The notes: a model not told the origin generated them from the sequence alone. DNA of 64,000 nt from an uncultured bacterium (GCA_963822585.1 CAWGIE010000036.1:64001-128000), one strand, 5' to 3'; positions 48,962 to 59,502 are shown, counted from the stretch's first letter. Numbers and translations: made by a program.

Positions 48962-49873
48962 ATGAAAATGAAATTCACGATAACTTGTATATCAACAATT
49001 AAGTGCTTTTTAATCTCAATGTTTTTCATTATGGCGATGAAAATATATCCTGAAGACTCGAAAATATTACAAGATACAAGTGATGAAAACAAATTCGTGA
49101 TTCAGAATAATGAAACTGATAACACCATATTAAATGACTTCACCGAGATGGATTTGATAAATGCAGTTATAAACGGTGACAGCATAAAGTTGAAGTCATT
49201 TATAGCAGCGGGAGCTGACGTAAATCAATCGCTAGGTTATGCCCATAAAGGCGCCCAAACACTCCTGATGAAAGCGGCCAGCCTAGGGCAAAATGAAATA
49301 ATAAAAATTCTGCTGGAAGCAGGTGCTGATATTAATGCCAAAGATGATGCATTTTTTCCGAGTGATGATAATTTTGACCAGAATGGGAAAACGGCTTTTT
49401 TCTATGCGATCGATGGTGGCCATTATGAAACAGTGAAGCTATTTATCCAATTGGGTGTTGATGTTAATCAACAGAATAGAACTGGAGGGACGCCGATAAA
49501 TTATGCAGCCCATAATGGTTATGTCGATATAGTTGAGTTGCTAATAAAATCCGGAGCTAATGTGAACTGCCCTAAAAATGCTTCACCATTAACTATGGCC
49601 ATTCGTGGAAAACATGATGATGTTATCAAGCAACTAATAAAAGCCGGAGCAGATGTAAACATAAAGGGCGATTTCGGATTTCCTCCATTAATATTAGCTA
49701 GCTTCCTTGGGGATAAAGAAATTGTAAAATTATTAATACAATCCGGAGCGGACGTAAATATCAAAGATAACAAAGGAAATACAGCTTTAGGGGAGGCAAG
49801 AAAAAAAGGCTACGATGACATTGTTACCATTCTCCAAGAAGCTGGAGCTTTTGAACAAAGTAAATATAAGTAG
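48962..49873 (+). CDS. Ankyrin-repeat protein, putative immunity
   Basis: About 6-7 GADVN / G.TPL..A repeats; N-terminal hydrophobic segment. Confidence 0.9.
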   Translation: MKMKFTITCISTIKCFLISMFFIMAMKIYPEDSKILQDTSDENKFVIQNNETDNTILNDFTEMDLINAVINGDSIKLKSFIAAGADVNQSLGYAHKGAQTLLMKAASLGQNEIIKILLEAGADINAKDDAFFPSDDNFDQNGKTAFFYAIDGGHYETVKLFIQLGVDVNQQNRTGGTPINYAAHNGYVDIVELLIKSGANVNCPKNASPLTMAIRGKHDDVIKQLIKAGADVNIKGDFGFPPLILASFLGDKEIVKLLIQSGADVNIKDNKGNTALGEARKKGYDDIVTILQEAGAFEQSKYK

Positions 49874-49979
49874 AATTTCAGCGCATAGGGTTCAAAAACT
49901 AACCTGGATAAAAAGTCGATATATTCACTCCTTACCGGCTAGTCTAGCAGAGAGTGAAAGTTCATAAGCTCAAATCTCT

Positions 49980-51508
49980 ATCACCAGGTAAAGTGGTTCG
50001 CCTGCACGGACAAGGACATCGGGGAAGGGTACACGGTGGGGTACGAGTACGACGCCGAGGGGAACCGGCTGGAGCTGGTCTATCCCTCCGGGTACCAGGT
50101 CTCGGCCACCTATGACGATCTCAACCGTCTCGACCAACTTACTGACCGGACCGCCGAGGTGATCGCCGACTACGATTATGACGCCATGCGCCGGACGGGC
50201 CTTACCCTTTCGAATGCCGGAGATGAGATTACCTTCACCAGCTATACTTATGACGATGCCAACGACAAGCCCGATCACCTGATCACGCTGGCTAACTGGA
50301 AGGCGGGGACCGACGTCTGCATTTCCCGCTTCGATTATACTTACGATAATGAGGGCAACCGCCTCACCATGGAGGTGGGCCCCGCCTGGGAACACCAGAC
50401 CGGTGAACATGAGTACGATTATGACGATATCTACCAGTTAACCGGAGCCGACTCACCTGATTCCTCCGCCTACAGCGACACCACCTTCACCTATGACAGC
50501 ACGGGGAACCGGCTGAAGGTCGCCTTCTCCGGCCAGAGTGACGTCTATGAGCCCAATGAACTTAATCAGTACGATGAGGTGGATGACGTGAGTACTCCAC
50601 GACGGCTACGGCAATCTCGCCAGTGACGGCGTCCAGACCTACTACTATACTTTGAGAACCGTTTGACCAGAGCCATCCGCAACTGCGACGGGCAGACCTT
50701 AGCCGAGTACGGCTACGATCCTTTCGGAAGAAGGGCGAGAAAGATCACCGACAACGGCTCCACCGTGGTAAACTATCTCTATGACGGCGCACAGGTGATC
50801 GAGGAACGGAACGGAGACTTCGAGCTGGAGAGGAGGTTTGTGTATGGGAGAGGGATCGACGAGCAGCTGACACTGTATGATGAGTCAAGTTCTGAAACAT
50901 ATTTTTATCAGAGAGACGGTATCGGTTCGGTTACCGAGTTAACGGATCACCAGGGAGACGTTGTCGAACATTACCGGTACTCGCCTTACGGGAAACGGAA
51001 GATATATGATTCGTCCTGGAATGAAATATCCTCATCCTCTGCCGGGAATCCGTATTATTTCACGGAGAGGAGATTCGATGAGGAGATCGGGCTCTATTAT
51101 TACCGGGCGAGGATGTATTCGGCTGAGATTGGGAGGTTTCTGCAGGTTGATCCGATTGGGTATTGGGATGATTATAATCTTTATCGATATTGCAGAAATA
51201 ATGTTATAAATTATGTAGATCCCACTGGTAAGGCAATAACGATACCACCATTGTTATTTTATCTCCTAATTCTGGCGGGTAAAGCATATTATTATTACAC
51301 TTTACCAACATGTGGCGATGGGGATGCTGCTACCACTTTTTGGACTCTATTGTGGGAACAAATAAAGCAGGCTGATTTGGAGATAAAAATTAAAGTCGTC
51401 CCTTCTAAGCATCCGGTTCCTAATGGACATATTGTTGATGAATGGAGTTATTACAACTATACCTCTCGTGGCAGAAAAGAATTTTTCGAAATATTATTAT
51501 CATATTAA
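49980..51508 (+). pseudogene. Rhs cassette 6: third core subtype, frameshifted around 50590-50660
   Basis: ORFs 50036-50626 and 50663-51508; NVINYVDPTGK motif and short tip. Confidence 0.8.
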
Positions 51509-51522
51509 TAATAAACATACTA

Positions 51523-52054
51523 TTACTGCCTAAAGGCGGTAGCTTTGAGCCACAACTGAAGCCGTTCTTGTTTAATTGTCAATCTTGAATTCGCCATCTG
51601 TAAGGGTTTTGCCTTGCTCCTCACTATACCTAATAATCACTTCGTCGGTGGAATTGCCCGAGCTGGCAACAAAATAGCTACGCCTCCAGAAATGACGACC
51701 CCAAAAGGTTCGATTCGGTCTTCTAAACTCAGATAACATCTTCCGTGAAGTCTTGCCTTTTAAGGATTGAACTAATTTACTAACGACAACATGTGGCGGA
51801 ACTAATACGAAAATGTGAACATGCTCTCTTGAGATGTCCCCTATAATTATTTCAACATCTTCGGATTTGCATATCTCCTGGATCAGTTCACGAACTCTTT
51901 CGGCGATCTCGCCTCGCAAGACCGGCTTTCGATATTTTATTATCGACACGACATGATACTTAATATCATAAACACTGTGACTCGATTTGCGATAGAGCTG
52001 CATATCGCAAGTCCTGAAGTCTTCGCCTAAAGGCGAGGGTTTTTCTCCCATTCC
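51523..52054 (-). mobile_element. IS200/IS605-family element (tnpA only)
   Basis: Subterminal hairpins ctgcctaaaggcgg (about 51526) and tcgcctaaaggcga (about 52023) flank tnpA. Confidence 0.85.
51572..52003 (-). CDS. tnpA: IS200-like Y1 HUH transposase, possibly decaying
   Basis: SHSVYDIKYH, KYRKPVL, HVH, LKGKTSR, FW..SYFVASSG, Y-x3-Q. Confidence 0.88.
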   Translation of the reverse strand: MQLYRKSSHSVYDIKYHVVSIIKYRKPVLRGEIAERVRELIQEICKSEDVEIIIGDISREHVHIFVLVPPHVVVSKLVQSLKGKTSRKMLSEFRRPNRTFWGRHFWRRSYFVASSGNSTDEVIIRYSEEQGKTLTDGEFKIDN

Positions 52055-52127
52055 CTGTAGAGGACATTAAAAGAGGATTATTGAATATAGTGAGAGTTGT
52101 AATATAATTAGTAAGGAGGAGAATACG

Positions 52128-52601
52128 ATGTATTTTTGGGATATACAATCTCTTAAAAATTCTTTTAAAAATGAATCATTCACTGAAATGGAATCTTTAA
52201 AATATCTTATAATTGCAATAATTATCTATTATTCTTCTTTTTTGGTTAATCCAGTTGGAATGGATTTTTGGATACTCTTATCTTATGCTTTCTTTGTACT
52301 TTTGAATATTTTGGGGGTAATTTATTGCTATAAAAAAAACAACGGAAAATTTGGTAAAGATTTCTTAAAAATTTTATTATCTTTAGGATTAGTTTTAATA
52401 ATTAGACTCACTGTACTATTTATTGTTCCATTTAGTATAATATTTTTTATAGTTATATCAACTATTGGTTTAATGAAGAAATATCCCACTTGGGATTTAT
52501 TATTTTTAACTGTAGTAATTACATCATATTATTATTGGAGAATGGGTATTCATATCCAGGAAATAGCGGACGATAGGAAATATAATAGAAAAGAAGAATA
52601 A
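52128..52601 (+). CDS. 4-TM membrane protein, possible immunity for cassette 6
   Basis: AAGGAGAG RBS, very AT-rich, hydrophobic. Confidence 0.65.
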   Translation: MYFWDIQSLKNSFKNESFTEMESLKYLIIAIIIYYSSFLVNPVGMDFWILLSYAFFVLLNILGVIYCYKKNNGKFGKDFLKILLSLGLVLIIRLTVLFIVPFSIIFFIVISTIGLMKKYPTWDLLFLTVVITSYYYWRMGIHIQEIADDRKYNRKEE

Positions 52602-52629
52602 AAATTATGAAGTAGTATTGATAATCCGA

Positions 52630-53692
52630 CTTATAACACCATGCGGCGAACCGGCGTCATCCTCTTCAATGCCGGGACCGAGGTTACCTTCACCAGTTAT
52701 ACCTACGACGATGCCAATGACAAGCCCGACCATTTAATTTCTCTCTCTAACTGGAAAGCCGAAACCGCCATCTGCATCTCCAGTTTCGATTATACCTACG
52801 ACAACGAGAGCGACGGCTGGAGCTGGTCTATCCCTCGAAAGACCAGGTCTCGGCAACCTACGACGATCTTAATCGCCTGAACACGTTGAGCGGCCCCGGC
52901 AGCGCCCTGATTGCCGACTGCTACTACGACGCCATGCGGAGGACGGAACTGGCGCTTTTCAATGCCGGGACGGAAGTCACGTTTACCAGCTACACTTACG
53001 ACGACGCCAACGACAAGCCCGATCACCTGGTTACGCTTGCCAACTGAAAGGACGGGAACGGATATAGCATGTCCAGTTTAGATTACACCGACGATAACGA
53101 GGGGAACCGCCTCACCAGGAAACCAGGACCAGACTGGACGCCATTCACCGGGGAGTATGGTTACGACTACGACGATATCTACCAGTTGAACGGAGCCGGC
53201 GCCCCGTTTTTCAATTCCACCGGGTTTACCTATGCTAGCATGGGGAAGCGGCTCAAGGTTGAAACATTGGGCATCCAGTCCGAAGTCTATGAGCCCAACG
53301 AGTTGAACCAGTATGACGAGGTGGCTGACGTCGAGTACTCCTACCACGGCAACGGCAATCTCGCCAGTGACGGCGTCCAGACCTACTACTATGACTTCGA
53401 GAACCGCCTGACCAGAGCCTTCCGGAACTCCGACGGGCAGACCTTGGCCGAGTACCGCTACGATCCCTTCGGAAGACGGGCGAAAAAGATCACCGACAAC
53501 GGCGCCACCGTGGTAAACTATCTCTACGACGGCGCGCAGGTGATTGAAGAGCGAAATGGGGATTTTGAACTGGAGAGGAGGTTTGTTTATGGCAGGGGGA
53601 TTGACGAGCCGCTGATTCTGTATGCCGTCAGATCCTCTTGGTCAAAATCAGTCCCTGACGCATGGGGATTAAAAGAGCCATATAACCCATGA
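52630..53692 (+). pseudogene. Degraded Rhs core fragments of the cassette 6 subtype
   Basis: Two restarts of TFTSYTYDDANDKPDHL, with stops and frameshifts; ends at GIDEPL without a cleavage motif. Confidence 0.8.
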
Positions 53693-54243
53693 AATCAGTC
53701 ACGATATTTGCTGTGTTGAGTATTGTCTTAATGATGGGGTGCAGGAAGAATCGTGATGTCTCAACTCCGGAAAAAGCATTAATTGGACAATGGCGGACGG
53801 CTCACAAGAAATACGAGATAAATTGGTATTTTAATGAGTCAGGTTTTTACACCGCTATATGGCCATGTTCGGATAAGGGTGATTATAAAAAAGAAACTGC
53901 TAAATTTATTGTTTTGACCCAGAATGCCGAAAAAAAAACGATCACCGTGGACTTGCTGAAAAAACCCGAAGCGTTTATTGATAATATTCCCAGCACTTTA
54001 GGGCTAAGATACACTGGAAAATATTCAGAAGATTATTCACATTTAGAGGGATATTTTATAATGATACGCAATCCAGATTTCCAAGGCCGTGTTGATACTT
54101 TTCGCGGATTTACAGAATTTGAATGGGAATATATCGATATGGTCCCAGAACCAGAACTTGAACCCGATTTGGATTATTACCAATCAAATCCTACTCAATA
54201 CCCGACTCCTGATAGCAGGGAATTCCATGCATTATGGGAATAG
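53689..54243 (+). CDS. Hypothetical lipoprotein (orphan immunity-like)
   Basis: MKSVTIFAVLSIVLMMGC lipobox. Confidence 0.7.
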   Translation: MKSVTIFAVLSIVLMMGCRKNRDVSTPEKALIGQWRTAHKKYEINWYFNESGFYTAIWPCSDKGDYKKETAKFIVLTQNAEKKTITVDLLKKPEAFIDNIPSTLGLRYTGKYSEDYSHLEGYFIMIRNPDFQGRVDTFRGFTEFEWEYIDMVPEPELEPDLDYYQSNPTQYPTPDSREFHALWE

Positions 54244-54274
54244 TTGAACGAAACCTAAAATATTGATATGAATG

Positions 54275-54878
54275 AATTAGGATCACTCATTAAAGGTTGA
54301 TTGTCAAGGGACGCAAAATTCCCGTAATCAAAAACATCTATAAATCTTTTTGATTAACACGCCACCACGATCAAGTCCGATACGATTTCCCACACCTGTT
54401 ATTTCTTAGGGTTTTGATTCCGGAAGATAGTTTTCTTTCAGAACTATTCCGTTCAGTCACCCATCTGGATCCAAGCTCTTCAGGTATTATACTTCCGATA
54501 AGCCCCCGGCATCATTGATGCCCCAGAAAAACTTCAGTGCCGTACCATGTCCAAATCTAATGGACACAAACCTGTGCTCTTAAATCTCATTTCCAACGAT
54601 AGACTTAAGCCAAAACCCTGCCGGCTCATGGTACAGGCGGAATAGTACATCAGTCTTGACTGTGTGGCTCATCAATCGAATTGAGGTTGCGGCAACTCCC
54701 AATCACACCCCTGGTTTTTCACCAACCCTAATTCCGGTTCACTGCCGCAACCCGCTCATTAACCGAACATCTTTTTCACGCCGAAGTCCACCTGGTCCCG
54801 CATGATGTAGCAGCAGGCTTTGGCTATCTTACTGGCCAGTGACTTGGTGGCCACAATCGCGTTCGTCCTGGCCATTTT
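54275..54878 (-). mobile_element. IS110-family remnant: transposase C-terminus + long downstream non-coding end
   Basis: 54875-54759 reads MARTNAIVATKSLASKIAKACCYIMRDQVDFGVKKMFG*; stem ggttgcggca/tgccgcaacc at 54685-54752; outward CTTGACA near the end. Confidence 0.72.
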
Positions 54879-55214
54879 ACCCGTCTTTCCTGATCAATGC
54901 TGATTCTTATTAGGAAAAAACATGATTATTTTTGTCCAATAAGCGTCAATACCTATCATTGATTAACTTCCCCTACCGGCAAAAACCCAGGACTTACCAA
55001 TCGTTACCCTGGCCCCTAATTCATCAATATCTCGAAGCTACCAAATATATTGATGATTTAATCAAGAAAAAGCCAAGGATTCCACTCTCTCGATTGTCCA
55101 ATCATACGTTAACATCATTGGAGCGCGGTCATTCCTGGAGAAAGTGTAAAGAAGATAATGACCGTTCACTGTATTGTTCGTTTCAATCCATTATATATGC
55201 GAGGAGATTTTACT

Positions 55215-57092
55215 ATGAGAACCCGAATTTCCGGGCGGCTGATAATCGTTTTCATCGTAGCGGTATTTTATTTTGTCTTTTCAGATTCGGGCTGCGCCCA
55301 AGTGGGGGCCTCGTGGATTGAAGCTACTTCGGCGGCGCAGTGGTGGCCAAGGAGTAGTCACACCTCGGTGGTCTACGACGGCAAGATGTGGGTGATCGGA
55401 GGCGGTTCATATTATCATAATAATGATGTCTGGTACTCGACCGATGGGATAAGCTGGACTATGGCTACTTCGGGGGCTCAATGGTCGGCCAGATGCCATC
55501 ATACCTCGGTGGTTTACGACGACAAGATGTGGGTGATCGGAGGAGATGAAGGTTTTGGTCAGGAAAAGAATGATGTCTGGTATTCAACCGACGGGGAAAA
55601 TTGGACTATGGCCACCTCGGGAGCCCAATGGTCGGCCAGGGACTGTCATACTTCGGTAGTCTACGATGACAAAATGTGGGTAATCGGAGGAGAGGACCTG
55701 TATGGTTTTGCTCAAAGAGACGTCTGGTGCTCGACTGATGGGGCGAGTTGGAATATGTCCACTTCGTGGACCCAGTGGTCCCCAAGGCTCAATCATACCT
55801 CGGTGATCCACGACGGCGAAATGTGGATGATTGGAGGAGAAAACATTACTGGTGTGGAAAAGAATGATGTCTGGCACTCGACCGACGGGGAAAACTGGAT
55901 TAGGGCCACCTCGGGGGCCCAGTGGCTGCCAAGATGCAATCACACCTCAGTGGCGTATGCCGGCGAGATATGGGTGATCGGAGGAGAGGACCCCCTTGGC
56001 AAGAATGACGTCTGGCACTCGACCAATGGGGTGTGCTGGACTATGGCCACCTCGGGGGCCCAGTGGTCGCCAAGAGGCAATCATACCTCGGTCGTTTATA
56101 ACGGCAGGATGTGGGTGATCGGAGGAGATCCCAATTCGAAAGAGGTCTGGTATTCATCCGAACTACCGGTGACACCGATTCCAACGTTGACTCCTACCCC
56201 AACACCTATACCGACTCCCACGTCAATAACGACACCCACCCCATCACCGACCTTGAGTGTTACCCCCACTCCTTCCATACCGATAATTCCGACCCCCACG
56301 CCCTCACTTCCACCGGCGACAACCACACCTACGGTTAGACCCACCTCACTGGCGCCTCCCTGGATATATGACTACACTGGTGACGGCACCTCGGATATCG
56401 CCATCTTCCGGAGTTCATCCGGCCTCTGGGCGGTTCGGGGATTGACGAGGGCTTACTTCGGCAATCCCACCGATAAGGCCGTTCCCGGGGATTACAATGG
56501 GGACGGGACGACCGAGATCGGCATCTTTCGTGAAGCCTCTGGTCTCTGGGCGATTCGATCCGTGACCCGGGTTTACTTCGGCAGCGGAAGCGACCTCCCC
56601 GAATCGGGGGATTATGATGGCGACGGGACCTGGGATATGGGGATATTCCGAGCTGAATCCGGACTCTGGGCGATCCGCAGTGTGACTAGAGTGTACTTCG
56701 GAACGACCGGTGATACGCCGGTTTCCGGTTACTACGGCGAAGCCAGGAAGCAGAATATTGCCATCTTTCGAGGAAGTTCCGGCCTCTGGGCGATCAAGGG
56801 TTTGACCCGGACTTATTTCGGAGGTTTAACAGATGAGCCTATTCCTGGTGATTACACGGGCGAAGGGGTCTGGGATGAAGGGATCTTCCGCGCGCACTCT
56901 GGCCTTTGGGCGATCCGGGGTGTAACCCGGACTTATTTCGGGAGTGTATCGGACGATCCGGTTACAGCCGATTATAATGGAAATGGCTTTGACTCAATTG
57001 GCATCTTCAGAAAAAACACCGGTCTCTGGGCTGTGAGAGGAATAACCAGAGTGTATTATGGGACTTCCGGGGATACGCCGGTAACGCGCTAA
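55215..57092 (+). CDS. Exported protein: Kelch-like beta-propeller, Pro/Thr linker, FG-GAP/VCBS-like C-terminal repeats
   Basis: 6x WxxRxxHTSVVYDxKMWVIGG; PTPTP linker; 6x GDY.GDG..DI.IFR..SGLWAIR..TR.YFG; GAGGAG RBS. Confidence 0.88.
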   Translation: MRTRISGRLIIVFIVAVFYFVFSDSGCAQVGASWIEATSAAQWWPRSSHTSVVYDGKMWVIGGGSYYHNNDVWYSTDGISWTMATSGAQWSARCHHTSVVYDDKMWVIGGDEGFGQEKNDVWYSTDGENWTMATSGAQWSARDCHTSVVYDDKMWVIGGEDLYGFAQRDVWCSTDGASWNMSTSWTQWSPRLNHTSVIHDGEMWMIGGENITGVEKNDVWHSTDGENWIRATSGAQWLPRCNHTSVAYAGEIWVIGGEDPLGKNDVWHSTNGVCWTMATSGAQWSPRGNHTSVVYNGRMWVIGGDPNSKEVWYSSELPVTPIPTLTPTPTPIPTPTSITTPTPSPTLSVTPTPSIPIIPTPTPSLPPATTTPTVRPTSLAPPWIYDYTGDGTSDIAIFRSSSGLWAVRGLTRAYFGNPTDKAVPGDYNGDGTTEIGIFREASGLWAIRSVTRVYFGSGSDLPESGDYDGDGTWDMGIFRAESGLWAIRSVTRVYFGTTGDTPVSGYYGEARKQNIAIFRGSSGLWAIKGLTRTYFGGLTDEPIPGDYTGEGVWDEGIFRAHSGLWAIRGVTRTYFGSVSDDPVTADYNGNGFDSIGIFRKNTGLWAVRGITRVYYGTSGDTPVTR

Positions 57093-57870
57093 AATGGAAA
57101 GAGGTCAAGAAAACGGAGAAAACGAGGTGAGAAAACGAGGTCGGACCTATGCAACTAACTGAACAATAAGCGATTAGTCGAAAATACCCCCATCATTTTG
57201 GCCTTAGAAGCTTATTTTTAGCCCTCAAATTGAGCTTCTAAGACTTTTTTTCCTGAAACTTTTCCTCGACTAAACCAATTCAAGCCCAACCTTTTGATAA
57301 TCTCGGACGATGGAGATCAGGTCCCGGCTTGAGTTGGCGACCTCTGGGACGAAAAACCGCGGCCGGCCATCGGCCGGAAGCTCTCGGGCGCCATCTAAAA
57401 AATGCTTCTTAAATCCGGCATCCTCTCACAGAGCCTCCCTACTTAAATTAGGATGGACGGTGTTGCTTTGTTACATAACTTCCAAAAACTTGGCCATTCC
57501 GATTTCGGCCAGCTGGTTCTAATTCCCTTCACTCGCCCCGATTAAAATCGGGGCAATCTCTCCCCCAAAGAAGAGAGGGGCTCATGGGTCGACTATTTCT
57601 ACCGCCGGGAATGGCCCTCTTGCCAATTCAAAATCGACTATCCAGCCCTTAGCCGGAAATTTTGCTCGTCCTGGAACCTTCCTCTTTCTGATCAGTGAAT
57701 TTTTTTTCAAAAAAAAGCCAAGGATTTCCCCCTCTCGATTGTCAGATCGTACGTCAGCACCATTGGGAGTCCGTTATTACTGAAAACAATATGATCTCGT
57801 GCTGCGGTTCTTCTATCTTGCGTTATTGTTCAAAACTAACCCGCATTATGAATAAATCGGGTTAAGACCG

Positions 57871-59406
57871 ATGCGTATCTTATTATCTGTCATCAGCCTT
57901 ATTTTGACCGCACCCATACCGGAAGGCGGGACGGATATCCATTCTCCCACGCCGGCTGCCGTTCCGGTTTTAAAAACCGCACCCGCGCCCGTTGGTTCCG
58001 TGGTGCCGACATCTCCGCCGGCCGTCAGCTCACCCACCCCGGTTCCTCCGGCCGTCAGCACCCCCGTGTCCGCCGCTTCTCCCGGCAGCGTTCAATCGCT
58101 CGGTCCGAAGGAATCTTTCCGCAATGCCTATTCGCTGATCAAAGAGGCCGATCGCCTCCATCATGCCGGAGCGGAGGAAAAAGCGGCAGCTGACTATCGG
58201 GCCGCCCTCGATATTCTCGACCAGCTCTCCGCCGACAACCCGCTCTGGAACCGGATCGCGGTCGCCAAGAAAATGAAGTACTGCGCCGGCCGTCTCTGGG
58301 AACGGCTCCCCGACCAGGTGGGCGACGATGCCACAGGACTGCCCGGGAAAAAGCTGGTGGTCAGCTTCATCGACGTCGGCCAGGGGGAGAGCGCCCTGAT
58401 CGAATGCCCCAATGGCCAGGCGATCCTGATCGACGGGGGGAGCAAGTCCGCCGGGATGGATGTGGTCAGCTACCTGCGGAAAAGGTCGATCCCCAAGATC
58501 GATCTGTTGATCGCCACCCATCCCGATGCCGATCACATGGGAGGACTGGCCACCGTCATCCGCAACAGCATGGTGTGGAAGTTTCTCGATCCGGACATCC
58601 CCAACCCCAGCACCTATTACTCCAAATTGCTCCAGATGGTGAAAGTGATGAAGATCCCCGTGATCCGGGGGAGGAAGGGGGATGAATACCGGTTCGGGGA
58701 GGTGACACTGAAAATCCTCAACCCGCCTGCTTCATTATATGACAACGCCGATAACAATTCGGTGGTGGTGGAACTGCGCTACAGGGAGAACCGGTTTCTC
58801 TTCACGGGGGACGCGGCGGCGGCGGCGGAGATCGGGATGCTGGAGGGAAAGCAGGTATCCCGCTGCCAGGTGCTGAAGGTCGGGCACCACGGGAGCATCT
58901 CCTGCACCTGCATGAAATTGCTCAACCGGGTGAAACCGGAGGTGGCGGCGATCAGCTGCGGCCGGGGCAACCCCTACGATCATCCCGGCAAGGAAGTCCT
59001 GGACCGGCTGAAATCGGTTGGTTGCGACTGGTATCGAACCGATGAACGGGGGGACATCAGGGTCGAGGCCGACGGGAAGAAATACCTGGTGGTCGCGATG
59101 AAAGATGCTCCCGGCGCGGCGGATCCGGCCGGGCAAACGACGCAGATAAAACAGGAGGCGCCGCCGTCCCGGGTGAGCGGCGCGGGGCAATCGGGAGTGA
59201 TATGTAAAGGGGTTGACCTCAATACGGCCCGGAAGGAGCAGCTGACGACGCTGCCCGGGATCGGTCCGGTTAAGGCCCAGTCCATCATCGATTACCGGGA
59301 GCATAACGGTCCTTTTACGTGCGTGGAGGATCTCGACAAGGTCTTCGGGATCGGTCCCAAGACGGTGGCGAAACTGAAGGAGATGGTCAGGACTTCCCCC
59401 CGGTAA
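57871..59406 (+). CDS. ComEC-type metallo-beta-lactamase-fold protein fused to ComEA helix-hairpin-helix
   Basis: FIDVGQG, ILIDGG, THPDADHMGG, LFTGD, LKVGHHGS, YDHP, YRTD..G; DLNTA..EQL..LPGIGP..A..IIDYRE.NGPF..VEDL..V.GIG. Confidence 0.9.
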   Translation: MRILLSVISLILTAPIPEGGTDIHSPTPAAVPVLKTAPAPVGSVVPTSPPAVSSPTPVPPAVSTPVSAASPGSVQSLGPKESFRNAYSLIKEADRLHHAGAEEKAAADYRAALDILDQLSADNPLWNRIAVAKKMKYCAGRLWERLPDQVGDDATGLPGKKLVVSFIDVGQGESALIECPNGQAILIDGGSKSAGMDVVSYLRKRSIPKIDLLIATHPDADHMGGLATVIRNSMVWKFLDPDIPNPSTYYSKLLQMVKVMKIPVIRGRKGDEYRFGEVTLKILNPPASLYDNADNNSVVVELRYRENRFLFTGDAAAAAEIGMLEGKQVSRCQVLKVGHHGSISCTCMKLLNRVKPEVAAISCGRGNPYDHPGKEVLDRLKSVGCDWYRTDERGDIRVEADGKKYLVVAMKDAPGAADPAGQTTQIKQEAPPSRVSGAGQSGVICKGVDLNTARKEQLTTLPGIGPVKAQSIIDYREHNGPFTCVEDLDKVFGIGPKTVAKLKEMVRTSPR

Positions 59407-59502
59407 ATTCCCGGCCGGAGAGACGGTCACGGTCCCGGGAATGCTGAAAAATCGCTCAATAAACTTGATTCTTCTAAAGTAAATATCCGTTCGGAGAGAA
59501 AA

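Noticed and set aside
54932..55321. 129-aa ORF upstream of the Kelch gene
   Set aside because: Spans repeat motifs and overlaps the Kelch gene start out of frame; no recognisable features.
57097..57345. gaggtca/gaggtcgg and caggtccc motifs after the Kelch gene as right-hand cassette ends
   Set aside because: Suggestive of the GGGGTCA class but too short and divergent to call without a genome-wide model.
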